Source: Candidatus Dormiibacterota bacterium (GTDB lineage: Bacteria > Chloroflexota > Dormibacteria > Aeolococcales > Aeolococcaceae). Taken from it: a DNA stretch of 64,000 nt. A program made the position numbers and the translations under genes. Positions 26,680 to 37,406 of this stretch are shown piece by piece (within the stretch, counting starts at the first letter, position 1; every line of letters starts with the position of its first letter). The stretch is from the NCBI GenBank assembly GCA_963718525.1, contig OY970355.1:1088001-1152000 (forward strand). The letters run 5' to 3'. The notes under the pieces were generated by a model. It was given only the letters and a program-made list of their open reading frames with translations. It was not told where the DNA came from and ran no database searches.

Positions 26680-29135
26680 GCCTCGAGCGCAACCACCGCG
26701 CCCACCCCGGCGATCGACGCGACCCGGTCACCGTCGTCAAGCCGCATGATGATCACGCCCCGGGTCTGGCGCCCGGAGACCCGGACCTGGTCGAGCGGGA
26801 TGCGGATCACCTGACCCGACGTGGAGATCACCATCAGCTCCTCGGACAGGTCTTCGACGACGCGCATGCCGACGATCTCGCCGATCTTCGGAATGGCCGT
26901 CTGGTCGACGGTGTAGACGCCCTGGATGTTCCGGCTCTTGACCGGGTAATCACTCATCGGCGTCAGCTTGCCGAAGCCGTTCTCGGTGATCACGAGCACA
27001 TGACCCTCCGGATTGACGATGTCGAAGCCGGCGACCTCGTCGCCCTTGCGCAGCCGGATCGCCCCGACACCCATGGTGTCACGGCCCATCGGGCGCACTT
27101 CCTTCTCGGTGAATCGCGAGCCCTTGCCCCGGCGGGTCACCACCAGCACCTCGTTGCCGCCGGATGAGCGGCGCACCCAGTTGAGCTCGTCGTCGTCCTG
27201 CAGATTGATGGCGATGAGACCGTTGCGACGCACCGCAGCATAGGCGGCAGCCGGGGTTTTCTTGATCTGACCGAGCTTCGTCACCATCACCAGGTACTGC
27301 TCGTCGCTGAAGACCTCCATGTCGATGAGCGCGGTGACCTTCTCGCCCTGGTCGACCTCGATGAGGTTGATGATCGGGATGCCCTTGGCCTGGCGCTTGA
27401 CGTCGGGAATCTCGTGCGTGCGCAAGCGGAAGACGCGACCCCGATTGGTGAAGAACAGCATGTCGCTGTGCGTGCTCGCGGTCGTCGAGTGTTCGATGTA
27501 GTCCTCGTCAGTCGAGCGCCGCGCACCGACCACTCCCTTGCCGCCGCGATGCTGCGCGCGGTAGTTGTCGAGCGACATGCGCTTGATGTAGCCCCGATGC
27601 GTGAGCGTCACGAAGACCTGCTCCTGGGGAATGAGGTCTTCCTCGTTCATCTCGAGCTCGTCGTGACGGATCTCGCTGCGTCGCGGATCGGCGAAGCGCC
27701 GGCGGAGGTTGGTGACCTCGTCCTTGATCACGCCGTCGATGAGCCGCGGATTGGCCAGCAGGTCCTCGAGCTGCGCGATCTTCTTGATGAGCTCTTCGTA
27801 CTCCTCGCGGAGCTTGCCGCTCTCGAGCCGGGTCAGGCGCCCGAGCCGGAGGTCGACGATCGCTTTGGACTGCCGCTCGGTGAGGCTGAACCGCTGTTCC
27901 AGGGCGGTCTGCGCGGACTTCTCGTCCTGCGCCCCGCGGATGATCGCGATCGTCTCGTCGAGGTTGTCCAGGACGATGGTGAGGCCTTCGAGGATATGCG
28001 CGCGTTCGCGCGCGGTGGTCAGCTCGTGGCGGGTTCGCCGCGTGACCACGGTGCGCCGGTGCGTGATGTAGTGCAGGAGCATCGCCTTGAGGCTCAGCAC
28101 TTGAGGGCGCCCGTCGACGATGGCGAGCATCAGCGCTCCGAAGGTCATCTGCAGCTGGGTGTGCTTGTAGAGGTTGTTGAGCACCGTGTGCGGCCGCGCA
28201 TTCGACTTCAACTCGATGACGATGCGCACCTTGTCCTCACGCCCCAACTCATCGTGCAGGTCGGCGATGCCGTCGATCTTGCGGTCGTTGACGAGCTCGG
28301 CGATGGTCTGCATCAACCTGGACTTGTTCACCTGATACGGCAGCTCACGGACGATGATCTGTTCGCGCCCCGACTTCGACTCTTCGAAATCGACCTGCGC
28401 GCGCATCACGATCCGGCCGCGCCCGGTGCCATACACGTTGGCGATGTCGCGAGTGTAGATGATGCCGCCGGTCGGGAAGTCAGGGCCCTTGACGATTCGG
28501 ATGAGATCCTCGGTCGTGGTTTCCGGGTCGTCGATCAACCGGACCACCGCGTCGCAGATCTCACCCAGGTTGTGGGGTGGGATGTTGGTGGCCATGCCGA
28601 CCGCGATCCCGCTCGCCCCGTTGACCAGGAGGTTGGGGAGCAGCGACGGCATGACCGAGGGTTCGCGCACGCCGGGGACGTTCGCGAAGTTTGGGCCGAA
28701 GTCGACTGTATCCTTCTCGATGTCGTCGACGAGGCTCATGGCCACGGCGGTCATGCGCGCCTCGGTGTACCGGTAGGCGGCGGGCGGATCGCCGTCGACG
28801 GACCCGAAGTTTCCCTGGCCGTCAATGAGCGGGTAGCGCATCACCCACGGCTGCGCCAGCCGGACGAGGGTGTCGTACACGGCCGAGTCACCGTGGGGGT
28901 GATACTTCCCGAGCACTTCGCCGACGACCGCCGCGCACTTCTGGTACCGCGCTCCGGCGGTCATCCCGGTGTCCAGCATCGCCCAGAGGATGCGGCGCTG
29001 CGCCGGCTTCAACCCATCGCGGATGTCCGGCAGCGCGCGGCTGATGATGACGCTCATCGCGTAATCCATGTAGGACGCGCGCATCTCCGCTTCGAGTTCG
29101 ATGGGATGAATCTGTCCGGGCTCGAACACCGCCAT
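26676..29135 (-). CDS. gyrA: DNA gyrase subunit A
   Basis: [27 protein letters not shown], GyrA-box QHRGGKG, C-terminal beta-pinwheel repeats. Confidence 0.97.
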   Translation of the reverse strand: MAVFEPGQIHPIELEAEMRASYMDYAMSVIISRALPDIRDGLKPAQRRILWAMLDTGMTAGARYQKCAAVVGEVLGKYHPHGDSAVYDTLVRLAQPWVMRYPLIDGQGNFGSVDGDPPAAYRYTEARMTAVAMSLVDDIEKDTVDFGPNFANVPGVREPSVMPSLLPNLLVNGASGIAVGMATNIPPHNLGEICDAVVRLIDDPETTTEDLIRIVKGPDFPTGGIIYTRDIANVYGTGRGRIVMRAQVDFEESKSGREQIIVRELPYQVNKSRLMQTIAELVNDRKIDGIADLHDELGREDKVRIVIELKSNARPHTVLNNLYKHTQLQMTFGALMLAIVDGRPQVLSLKAMLLHYITHRRTVVTRRTRHELTTARERAHILEGLTIVLDNLDETIAIIRGAQDEKSAQTALEQRFSLTERQSKAIVDLRLGRLTRLESGKLREEYEELIKKIAQLEDLLANPRLIDGVIKDEVTNLRRRFADPRRSEIRHDELEMNEEDLIPQEQVFVTLTHRGYIKRMSLDNYRAQHRGGKGVVGARRSTDEDYIEHSTTASTHSDMLFFTNRGRVFRLRTHEIPDVKRQAKGIPIINLIEVDQGEKVTALIDMEVFSDEQYLVMVTKLGQIKKTPAAAYAAVRRNGLIAINLQDDDELNWVRRSSGGNEVLVVTRRGKGSRFTEKEVRPMGRDTMGVGAIRLRKGDEVAGFDIVNPEGHVLVITENGFGKLTPMSDYPVKSRNIQGVYTVDQTAIPKIGEIVGMRVVEDLSEELMVISTSGQVIRIPLDQVRVSGRQTRGVIIMRLDDGDRVASIAGVGAVVALEA

Positions 29136-30148
29136 TACGCAGTCACCTCCGCCGGGCTGCGTACCGCGCCCGCGATCACCTTGCTGACACCCTGCTCGGC
29201 CGCGCGCGCAGCTACGCGAATCGCGTTCATGGTTGCCTCTGCGTCCGACCGGCCGTGGGCGATCACCACCTCGCCGGCAACACCGAGCAACAGCGCGCCG
29301 CCGGTCTTCCTGTAATCGACTCGATCCCTGAGCGGCCGCAGCTTCGGCTTGAGGAGCGCTCCGCCGACCTTGCCACCGATGCTTTTGCGAGCCTCACGGG
29401 CGATGCTGGCAAAGAGGAAATCGCCGATGCCCTCGGCAACCTTGAGCACGACGTTGCCAGTGAATCCATCGGTGACCACCACGTCGCAGCCGCCGCGGAA
29501 GATGTCCTTGCCCTCGACGTTACCGGCGAAGTTGACCGGGAGCGCGGCGATGAGCGGATGCGCCGCCTGGACCAGCTCCGATCCCTTTTCCAACTCCTCG
29601 CCGTTGCTGAGCAGCGCGACCCGCGGACGCTCGATACCAAGCATGGTCCGGGCATACACGTCGCCCATCACGGCGAACTGCGCAAGCCATTCCGGCTTGC
29701 AGTCGGTGTTGGCGCCGACGTCGAGGATGAACGTCTGGCCGCCTTCACTGGGGAAGGACGCGCCGATCGCGGGCCTCGAGATGCCGGGAATGCGTTTGAT
29801 GGTGAACAGCGCCGCGGCCAGCATCGCGCCGCTGTTTCCCGCGCTGATCACGCCGCGCGCCAGGCCCTCGGCGACCAGTGCGCAGCTGCGCACCAACGAC
29901 GAGTCGCGTTTGGCACGAACCGCGTTGGCCGGATGCTCGTGCATCTCGATGACTTCGCGTGCATCGACGATGTCGATCCGATCGCCGCTCGCCGCTCCTG
30001 CGCTTCCGAGCTCTGCTTCGATCGCCTCGCGCTTGCCGACCAACGTCACCGTGATGCCATGCTCGCTGGCGGCACGCACTGCGCCGCGTACGATCTCTCC
30101 TGGGGCATGGTCGCCGCCCATCGCGTCGACCGCAATCGGGAGCGGCAT
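29135..30148 (-). CDS. plsX: phosphate acyltransferase PlsX
   Basis: [50 protein letters not shown]. Confidence 0.95.
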   Translation of the reverse strand: MPLPIAVDAMGGDHAPGEIVRGAVRAASEHGITVTLVGKREAIEAELGSAGAASGDRIDIVDAREVIEMHEHPANAVRAKRDSSLVRSCALVAEGLARGVISAGNSGAMLAAALFTIKRIPGISRPAIGASFPSEGGQTFILDVGANTDCKPEWLAQFAVMGDVYARTMLGIERPRVALLSNGEELEKGSELVQAAHPLIAALPVNFAGNVEGKDIFRGGCDVVVTDGFTGNVVLKVAEGIGDFLFASIAREARKSIGGKVGGALLKPKLRPLRDRVDYRKTGGALLLGVAGEVVIAHGRSDAEATMNAIRVAARAAEQGVSKVIAGAVRSPAEVTA

Positions 30149-32259
30149 CAGATGTCGAGGTTGCGCACGCTCGTGGCGTGGGTCTGGATGAAGCGCTTGC
30201 GAGGCTCGACGTCGGAGCCCATCAGGCGATCGAAGATGTCATCCGCCTTGAGTGCGTCCGCAACACCGACCTGCAGCAGGACTCTGCGGTCGGGATCCAT
30301 CGTCGTTGCCCAGAGCTCCTCGGACATCATCTCGCCGAGTCCCTTGTAGCGGGACACTTCGGTGTCGCGCCCCATCGACTTGACCTTGTCGTCACGCTGG
30401 TCGTCGCTGAAGGCGTATTCGGTCTGCCGGTTCTTGCCTCTGCCCTTCTCGAGCTTGTACAGCGGCGGCTGGGCCAGATAGAGAAAGCCACCGTCGACGA
30501 GCGGACGCAGGTGGCGCCAGAAGAACGTGAGCAGCAGGGTGCGGATGTGCGAACCATCGACATCCGCGTCCGCCATGAGCACGATGCGGTGATAGCGGAG
30601 CTTGTCCACGCTGAACGTCTCGCCGAACCCGCCGCCCAGCGCCATGATCAGGTCCTTGATCTGCTCGTTGCCGAGAATCTTGTCGGCTCGCGCCTTCTCC
30701 ACGTTGAGGATCTTGCCGCGGAGCGGAAGGATTGCCTGGTTGCGGCGTTCGCGTGCCTCCTTCGCCGTGCCGCCTGCCGACAGACCCTCGACGATGAAGA
30801 TCTCGCAGTGCGCCGGGTCGCGCTCGCTGCAGTCAACCAGCTTGCCCGGCAACGTCGCCGACTCGAGCAATGACTTGCGCTGCACCAGGTCGCGCGCCTT
30901 CGCCGCGGCCTGGCGGGCGCGCGCAGCCGTCAGTGACTGGTCGATGATGCGGCGACCGTCGGCCGGGTTCTCCTCGAGGTACTGCATGAGTGCCTCGCTC
31001 AGCACCGTCGAGACCTGGCCGGCGACTTCGCTGTTTCCCAGCTTGGTCTTGGTCTGACCCTCGAACTGCGGCTCGCGCAGCTTGACGCTGATCACGGCGG
31101 TCAGCCCGTCGCGCACGTCGTCGCCACTGAGGTTGGGGTCCTGTTCCTTGAGGATCGCAGCCTTGCGCGCGTACTTGTTGAGCGTTGCCGTGAGCGCGCT
31201 GCGGAACCCGGTGACGTGGGCGCCGCCTTCCTCCGTATGCACGTTGTTGGCAAAGGCGAGAACATGCTCGGTGAAGACCGTGTTCTGATACTGGAGCGCG
31301 ATCTCGACCACGTTGCCATCGATCTCCCGTTCCACGTACATCGGCTTCTGGTTGATGACGTTGCGGTTTGCGTTGAGATACCTGACGAAGGACTGAATAC
31401 CGCCCTCGAAATGGAAGGTGTACTCCTGGTCATCACGCTCGTCCGCGAGCTGAATCGTGATGCCCTTATTGAGGAACGCGTAGCTACGCAGTGACGTGGA
31501 CACTGTCTCCCAGGAGAACTCGATCTCCTCGAAGATCTCCGGGTCGGGCCAGAAGCGCACGAAGGTCCCCCGGCGGTCGGTGGTGCCGATCACCGTCACA
31601 GGTCCATCGGGCACTCCTCGCGTGTACTCCTGGTGGTGCGTCTCGCCGTCGAGGTACACCTCGACCACCAGACGCTCACTGAGTGCGTTGACGACCGAGA
31701 GACCGACGCCGTGGAGTCCACCGGAAACCTTGTAGCCGCCGCCCCCAAACTTTCCACCAGCATGGAGCGTGGTGAGCACCACCTCGAGCGCGGACTTCCT
31801 GGCGGTCGGATGCATGCCCACAGGGATGCCGCGCCCATTGTCCAGAACAGACACCGACTTGTCCGCGTGGATGACGATCTTGATGGTGTCGCACCAGCCG
31901 GCGAGCGCCTCGTCGATGCTGTTGTCGACGAGCTCGACGACGAGATGGTGCAGACCCCGAAGATCCGTGGAGCCGATGTACATCCCGGGCCGCCGCCGCA
32001 CGGGCTCGAGGCCCTCGAGGATCTGGATCTGGTCAGCCGAATACGTGTCCTTGCCTACCCGCCCGGCGCTCTCCGGACTGGGGTCCGGATTGCCGTCTGA
32101 ATGGGTCGTGGCGGGGCTCGTCTCTGTCTCGATCGCTACCTCATCGGGGCGTTCGGGGCGTGCGGTGTCGGTTATGTGTGCTGCTCCGGTTGTGACGTGA
32201 CTGAGGGAGAGTGGGCCAAGGGTGAAACCGCTCGATTGTTCCAGCGGGGGACCGCTCAA
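30148..32259 (-). CDS. gyrB: DNA gyrase subunit B (extended N-terminus, start uncertain)
   Basis: Y.A.QIQ.LEGLE.VR.RPGMYIG, LHAGGKF, SGGLHGVG, Toprim EG.SAGG and MADADVDG.HI, RYKGLGEM. Confidence 0.96.
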   Translation of the reverse strand: MSGPPLEQSSGFTLGPLSLSHVTTGAAHITDTARPERPDEVAIETETSPATTHSDGNPDPSPESAGRVGKDTYSADQIQILEGLEPVRRRPGMYIGSTDLRGLHHLVVELVDNSIDEALAGWCDTIKIVIHADKSVSVLDNGRGIPVGMHPTARKSALEVVLTTLHAGGKFGGGGYKVSGGLHGVGLSVVNALSERLVVEVYLDGETHHQEYTRGVPDGPVTVIGTTDRRGTFVRFWPDPEIFEEIEFSWETVSTSLRSYAFLNKGITIQLADERDDQEYTFHFEGGIQSFVRYLNANRNVINQKPMYVEREIDGNVVEIALQYQNTVFTEHVLAFANNVHTEEGGAHVTGFRSALTATLNKYARKAAILKEQDPNLSGDDVRDGLTAVISVKLREPQFEGQTKTKLGNSEVAGQVSTVLSEALMQYLEENPADGRRIIDQSLTAARARQAAAKARDLVQRKSLLESATLPGKLVDCSERDPAHCEIFIVEGLSAGGTAKEARERRNQAILPLRGKILNVEKARADKILGNEQIKDLIMALGGGFGETFSVDKLRYHRIVLMADADVDGSHIRTLLLTFFWRHLRPLVDGGFLYLAQPPLYKLEKGRGKNRQTEYAFSDDQRDDKVKSMGRDTEVSRYKGLGEMMSEELWATTMDPDRRVLLQVGVADALKADDIFDRLMGSDVEPRKRFIQTHATSVRNLDI

Positions 32260-32281
32260 ATCGGCCGTTCCAAGTGCTTCT

Positions 32282-32290
32282 ATTCTACCA
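32282..32290 (-). promoter_or_regulatory. extended -10 promoter element (TGnTAGAAT) for the gyrB operon
   Basis: Minus strand reads TGGTAGAAT ~23 nt upstream of the TTG at 32259, in an AT-richer gap. Confidence 0.5.
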
Positions 32291-32401
32291 GCCTGACGGC
32301 CCAGTTCGCTCTATTGGAGTGGTTCGCTGCACTAGCATCAACGGCGTGAAGGACACTGTCCGTTGTGCGCCGATCCGGCCTGGTCGAGGGGGTCGATAAC
32401 G

Positions 32402-35236
32402 GTGCCCACATCCACCCTTGAAGAGTACCGCCGCAAGCGCGATTTCAATCAGACCCCGGAGCCCAGCGGCGACCCGATCCCGCGTTCCGGTACGGACACT
32501 TCGGCGTGGGAGGGCCTGCCCCATGGAACGCGCTTCTGCGTCCAGAAACACCGGGCCACACGACTGCATTTCGACTTTCGCCTGGAGCATCAGGGCGTGC
32601 TGCTCTCGTGGGCGATCCCGAGGGGTCCCAGCCTCGATCCGGCCAAGAAGCGCCTGGCAGTGCAGACCGAGGACCATCCGATCGACTATGGCGAATTCGA
32701 GGGTGTCATCCCCTCCGGGTACGGCGCCGGCACGGTCATGCTCTGGGACATCGGCACGTACGAGTGGATCAAGGAAACCGCCGAGGATTACGAGCGTTCG
32801 CTGCAACGAGGCGACCTCAAGTTCCGCCTTCAGGGCACCAAGCTCTCGGGCGAGTTCGCGCTGATTCGTATCGGTGATCGTGGACGTCAGTACGGTGGCA
32901 GCAACGACGGAGACAGGAACTGGCTGTTGATCAAAAAGCGCGACGCCTCCGTGGTGGAGGGATACGAGGCAAGCGACTACGACGTTTCAGTCAAAACCGG
33001 CAGAAGCCTGGCTCAGATCGCTCAGGAAGGAGGTGGTGATCGTCGCGAGATGCGCCGCGCCGCTCGTGTCCGTGGTGCTCCCGCCCCGGCACAGCCCACC
33101 GTGCCCACCTCGACGCTCGCTCAGGCGCCCTCGCCGATGCTGGCCACGCCGGTCGACAAGCCGTTTTCGCGGGATGGCTGGCTGTTCGAGCTGAAATACG
33201 ACGGCATTCGCGCCATGGTGACCGTCGCCGGTGACCTGATACGCATCACGGGCCGGCGCGGCGGGGATGAGACCGCTCGCTACCCGGAGGCCACGGCGAT
33301 ACGTTCGGGAATACGAGCTGGGCAGGCGATCGTCGACGGCGAGCTGGTGGTGCTCAACGCCGACGGCCGTCCGTCGTTCGAGCGGATGCAGCAGCGGATC
33401 GGCGTCAGCCGCGAGCCCGATGTCCGCCGAGTCTCGGCCGAACATCCAGTGACCTTCATCGCGTTTGACCTGCTCGAGTTGGACGGCCGCGACCTGCTCA
33501 ACACCGAGCTGCGCATTCGCAAGAAGACGCTTCGCGAAACCATCGTCAACTCGCCCCACATCCTGTTCGCCGAACACGTCGAGCGCGATGGAACATCGCT
33601 CTTCGAGGTTGCTCGTTCGTCCGGCATCGAAGGCATTGTCGGCAAGCGCGCCGATTCCCTGTACCACCCAGGAATTCGCAGCCCCGATTGGGTGAAGATC
33701 AAGTCGTGGCTCAGCCAGTCGTGCGTCATCGTCGGCTACACCGCAGGACGCGGACGCCGGGCAAACCAGCTCGGCGCACTCATCCTGGCCGTGCGCGACG
33801 GAGGGCATCTCGTCCACTGCGGACAGGTCGGCACCGGCTTCGATGACAAGACCCTGCGCGATATCAGGGACCGCCTCCGACCCCTCGAGGTGAAGACCTG
33901 CCCGCTCGACGTCACGCCGAAAACCGCAGAGCCGGCGACCTGGGTCAAACCCGAGCTCGTCTGCGAAGTCCGTTTCGCCGGATGGACGCGCGACGGCATC
34001 CTCCGCCACCCCGCCTACCGCACCCTCCGCCTCGACCAGCGCCCCGAAGACACCGTCCGCGAAGTCTTCCTGAAATCTGAGCCGGCCAACGCGCCCCGGC
34101 CTCGAAGGGAGGGGACTAAGGCCAGCATCCGTTCGAGGCGCACAGCAAAGGGCGTACGCACGCCCACCAGGGACTCGCGACCGGGTGGCGGGGTGGGGGA
34201 TGGCGCCACCGGAGCGCTGGGCGACGAGGATGCGTCGCCCACAAGAAAAACCGACACGCCAAAGGAGACCCGGCGCGCAGGTGGCGAGGGCCCCCCACCC
34301 CGACAGGACCCGGAGGATCATGCGGCGCTCAGCACGCTGAGAACCCTGCACGGCAATGCGCATTGGGAAATCGCAAGCCGAAGACTTCCGCTCACGAATC
34401 TCCAAAAGGTGCTCTGGCCGGCGGACGGCATCACCAAGCGGGACATGATCGAGTACTACGTCCGAATGGCACCGTACATGCTGCCCTACCTGCGCGACCG
34501 TCCCCTGTCGATGCAGGTGTTCCCCGACGGTATCGACGGAAAGTCCTTCTGGCGCAAGGATAAACCCACGCATGCTCCGGCATGGATCGAGGCGTGGACA
34601 TACCACGGTGAGAAGACCAAGACGTACATCGTGGTCAACGAGGTTGCCACGCTCGCCTGGGTCGCCAACGCCGGTGTCATCGATCTGCATCCGTGGCACT
34701 CGCGCATCGATGCGCCGGAGCAACCGGATTGGGCGGTCTTCGACCTGGATCCATTCGAGCCCGCAACGTTCCAGGACGTCATCGATATCGCCAAGCTGGT
34801 CAAGGCGGCGCTGGACCACTACGGCATGCATGGCGTGGTGAAGACGAGTGGGCAGACGGGGTTGCAGATCTACGTGCCCGTTCGCCGAGGCCCCGACTAC
34901 TCGGCGGTGCGTCACTGGGTGGAGGAGGTGGGCAGAGCGATCGATCAGGCGGCGCCCGGGCGCGTGAGCTGGGAGTGGTCGGTTGCGAAGCGGACGGGAC
35001 GTATCCGGATCGACTACACCCAGAACATCATCAACAAAACCCTTGCGGCGCCTTACTCTCTCCGCCCAGCGCCCGGCGCCCCGGTATCGACGCCGATCGA
35101 GTGGGCGGAGCTCGACGACCCGGACCTGAGACCCGATCGATGGAACATCGCAACCATCGCGGAGCGCGTCGCGGAGAAGGGGGACCTCTTCGCGCCAGCC
35201 CTGCTGGCAGACCAGGACCTTCCGAGCCATCCGTAG
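32402..35236 (+). CDS. ligD: multifunctional NHEJ DNA ligase D (phosphoesterase-ligase-polymerase)
   Basis: PE domain: QKH.A.RLHFDFRLE, LAV.TEDHP. LIG domain: ELKYDG, DGEL, FDLL, EGIVGK, WVKIK. POL domain: LTN..KV.WP, DLDP, KTSG..G.Q, IDY.QN. Confidence 0.96.
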   Translation: MPTSTLEEYRRKRDFNQTPEPSGDPIPRSGTDTSAWEGLPHGTRFCVQKHRATRLHFDFRLEHQGVLLSWAIPRGPSLDPAKKRLAVQTEDHPIDYGEFEGVIPSGYGAGTVMLWDIGTYEWIKETAEDYERSLQRGDLKFRLQGTKLSGEFALIRIGDRGRQYGGSNDGDRNWLLIKKRDASVVEGYEASDYDVSVKTGRSLAQIAQEGGGDRREMRRAARVRGAPAPAQPTVPTSTLAQAPSPMLATPVDKPFSRDGWLFELKYDGIRAMVTVAGDLIRITGRRGGDETARYPEATAIRSGIRAGQAIVDGELVVLNADGRPSFERMQQRIGVSREPDVRRVSAEHPVTFIAFDLLELDGRDLLNTELRIRKKTLRETIVNSPHILFAEHVERDGTSLFEVARSSGIEGIVGKRADSLYHPGIRSPDWVKIKSWLSQSCVIVGYTAGRGRRANQLGALILAVRDGGHLVHCGQVGTGFDDKTLRDIRDRLRPLEVKTCPLDVTPKTAEPATWVKPELVCEVRFAGWTRDGILRHPAYRTLRLDQRPEDTVREVFLKSEPANAPRPRREGTKASIRSRRTAKGVRTPTRDSRPGGGVGDGATGALGDEDASPTRKTDTPKETRRAGGEGPPPRQDPEDHAALSTLRTLHGNAHWEIASRRLPLTNLQKVLWPADGITKRDMIEYYVRMAPYMLPYLRDRPLSMQVFPDGIDGKSFWRKDKPTHAPAWIEAWTYHGEKTKTYIVVNEVATLAWVANAGVIDLHPWHSRIDAPEQPDWAVFDLDPFEPATFQDVIDIAKLVKAALDHYGMHGVVKTSGQTGLQIYVPVRRGPDYSAVRHWVEEVGRAIDQAAPGRVSWEWSVAKRTGRIRIDYTQNIINKTLAAPYSLRPAPGAPVSTPIEWAELDDPDLRPDRWNIATIAERVAEKGDLFAPALLADQDLPSHP

Positions 35237-35270
35237 CGTGGAGCGCGGATTGCGGGTACCCTGCGACGCG

Positions 35271-35903
35271 ATGCGACGGGTGCTCCTTCCGGCTGTGCTC
35301 CTCGCGGCCGCGACTGCCATCGCGTGTGGTTCGGGGTCCCCGACGGTGACGAGCACCGAGCCGACGCCCTTCACCGTGGCCCCGACGCCGGTTCAGAGCC
35401 AGACACCCCTGGCATCACCGACCGCCACTTCGACCGCCACGCCGACGGTGACCGCAACCGGGCCGTGCATGCCGGGTCAGTTCCAGGTCGCAATCCTGAA
35501 CACCCAGGGCGCCGCGGGCACCATCTACGCCACCTTCGAGGTTCGCAACGCTTCGACGAGCGACTGCACCGAGAACGGCTACGCCAGGCTGCAGCTGCTC
35601 AACTCCGGCCACGGTCTGCTGAGCACGAGCTGGTCGAACGACAACTCAATGGCCACTCCGAGCCCGGTCGACCTGCCCGCGGGCACCCAGCCGCTCGGAG
35701 TCACCGGCGCGACGGGACACGGCTATTTCCTGGTCTCGTGGACCGACGCGACCTGCTCCGCCGCGCAGTCCGAGATGCCCAAGTTCTGGCGGGTCACCCT
35801 GCCGACATCGCGGTTCCAGACGGATGTGGCCGATATCGACTCGAGCATGGTGTGCGGGGGTGCGATCAAGGTCGGCCCGATCAAGTCAGCCCCCTACGTC
35901 TGA
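35271..35903 (+). CDS. DUF4232-like secreted lipoprotein
   Basis: Lipobox AIA-C, Thr/Pro linker, C.......GAAG......F.VRN....C...GY. Confidence 0.7.
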   Translation: MRRVLLPAVLLAAATAIACGSGSPTVTSTEPTPFTVAPTPVQSQTPLASPTATSTATPTVTATGPCMPGQFQVAILNTQGAAGTIYATFEVRNASTSDCTENGYARLQLLNSGHGLLSTSWSNDNSMATPSPVDLPAGTQPLGVTGATGHGYFLVSWTDATCSAAQSEMPKFWRVTLPTSRFQTDVADIDSSMVCGGAIKVGPIKSAPYV

Positions 35904-35944
35904 CTGACCCCGGGGATCCTCGCTTCCCAATAGAATTCGGGGCC

Positions 35945-36466
35945 ATGGCAGTGTTGCTGCTCAACGCCTCGATGCAACCGCTCAACGTGATCAGTCACCG
36001 GCGGCTGGTGGTGCTCCTGACCAAGGAACGAGTCGCGTTCGTGGACGAGGCGGCGGAACGAGCTGCTGCGGAGGCGCTCGCGGGGCGCCGGCTGCCGGAA
36101 GGCGTCGTCATCGTCCGCCTGCTCCGGACCATCCACGTACCGCGCCGGTTGCTTCGACCCAACCGCCGCAACCTTCTGCTCCGCGACGATCACACGTGCC
36201 AATACTGTGGGCGCCTCGGCACCGCCGCCGAGCTCACCGTCGACCACGTCGTCCCGGTGTCTCGAGGGGGCGCTCCGGATCGCTGGGACAACGTCGTGAT
36301 CGCGTGCAGGAAGTGCAACTGGCGAAAGGCGAATCACCGTCCCGAAGAGGTCGGGCTCGTGCTCCGGCGTAAGCCGGTGCCGCTGACGCAGGAATACGCG
36401 CACATCATCTTTCTGCGCTACCCCGAGCTCAAGGCGGCGTACGACAGGCTGCTCGCCGCTGCCTGA
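35945..36466 (+). CDS. HNH endonuclease (McrA-like)
   Basis: VLLLNAS..PL, RD..TCQYCG, TVDHVVP.SRGG...WDNVV.AC..CN..K. Confidence 0.92.
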   Translation: MAVLLLNASMQPLNVISHRRLVVLLTKERVAFVDEAAERAAAEALAGRRLPEGVVIVRLLRTIHVPRRLLRPNRRNLLLRDDHTCQYCGRLGTAAELTVDHVVPVSRGGAPDRWDNVVIACRKCNWRKANHRPEEVGLVLRRKPVPLTQEYAHIIFLRYPELKAAYDRLLAAA

Positions 36467-36528
36467 ATCGCGCCACGCCGATCCGACGATCGTCCAAGCC
36501 GATCCCGCGCGCCTATACTCGGGGGGCC

Positions 36529-37389
36529 ATGCCTCGATCCATGTGGCGCGGCGCCATCAGCTTTGGCATGGTGGCGATCCCCGTGCGGCTGTACCTGGCG
36601 ACCGAATCGAAGAGCGTTTCGTTCCGGCTTCTGTGTCCGGCTGACCACACGCCTGTCCGCAACAAGCGCTGGTGCCCGGAGGAGGACCGCGAGATCGGCT
36701 GGAGCGAAGCCGTTCGCGGGTACGAAGTGGGCAAGGACGAGTACGTGGTCGTCACCGATCAGGATCTCGACAACCTGCCGCTGATCACGACGCACACCAT
36801 CGACATCGTCGAGTTCTGCCCGGATTCGGAGATCGAGGCTGGCGTGTACCTCAAGAGCGCGTACTACCTGGAACCCGAGGCCGTCGGCGTCAAGCCCTAC
36901 GCGCTGCTCCGGGAGGCACTCGAGAAGACCGGCACGGTCGCCATCGGCAAGATCGCCCTTCGCGACCGCGAGCACCTCTGCCGCCTTGCACTGCATGAGC
37001 AGGGGCTGCTGCTCAACACGCTGCACTGGCCCGACGAGATCCGCTCCGCCGCCGAGCTGGCGATCCCCGAGCAGGCTCCTGACGTCGCCAAGAAGGAGCT
37101 GGACATGGCGGTGATGCTCGTCGAGAACATGAGCGCGCATTTCGACCCGGCGCGCTATCACGACAACTACCGCGAGGCGGTGATCCAGGTTGTCGAGGCC
37201 AAGCTGGCCAACAAGCCGATCGAGCGCCCGGAGGTGCAGGAACCCGGCAAGGTAACCGACCTCATGGCCGCGCTCAAGGCGTCTGTCGAAGCGGCGAAAA
37301 CGCGGCGGGCGGAAGGTGGTGCCTCCGAGGAATCCGAGGCCGACGACGCCGAGTCCCTGGAACCGGCCCGCCGTCGCCGGGCCTCCTGA
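36529..37389 (+). CDS. ku: NHEJ end-binding protein Ku
   Basis: W.GAISFG.V.IPV.LY.ATE, GYE......V, YYL.P, Y.LL.EAL, L.W.DE.R, DLMAAL..S, basic tail. Confidence 0.96.
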   Translation: MPRSMWRGAISFGMVAIPVRLYLATESKSVSFRLLCPADHTPVRNKRWCPEEDREIGWSEAVRGYEVGKDEYVVVTDQDLDNLPLITTHTIDIVEFCPDSEIEAGVYLKSAYYLEPEAVGVKPYALLREALEKTGTVAIGKIALRDREHLCRLALHEQGLLLNTLHWPDEIRSAAELAIPEQAPDVAKKELDMAVMLVENMSAHFDPARYHDNYREAVIQVVEAKLANKPIERPEVQEPGKVTDLMAALKASVEAAKTRRAEGGASEESEADDAESLEPARRRRAS

Positions 37390-37406
37390 GGCTTCACGGG
37401 TCACGC

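Noticed and set aside
26676-29135. parC or a quinolone-resistant gyrA allele
   Set aside because: The GyrA-box QHRGGKG is present, and the QRDR reads HGDSAVYD with the usual Ser and Asp.
35324-36466. 380-aa extended HNH protein
   Set aside because: The N-terminal part is an alternative frame over the DUF4232 gene; the HNH gene starts at ATG 35945 after its own -10.
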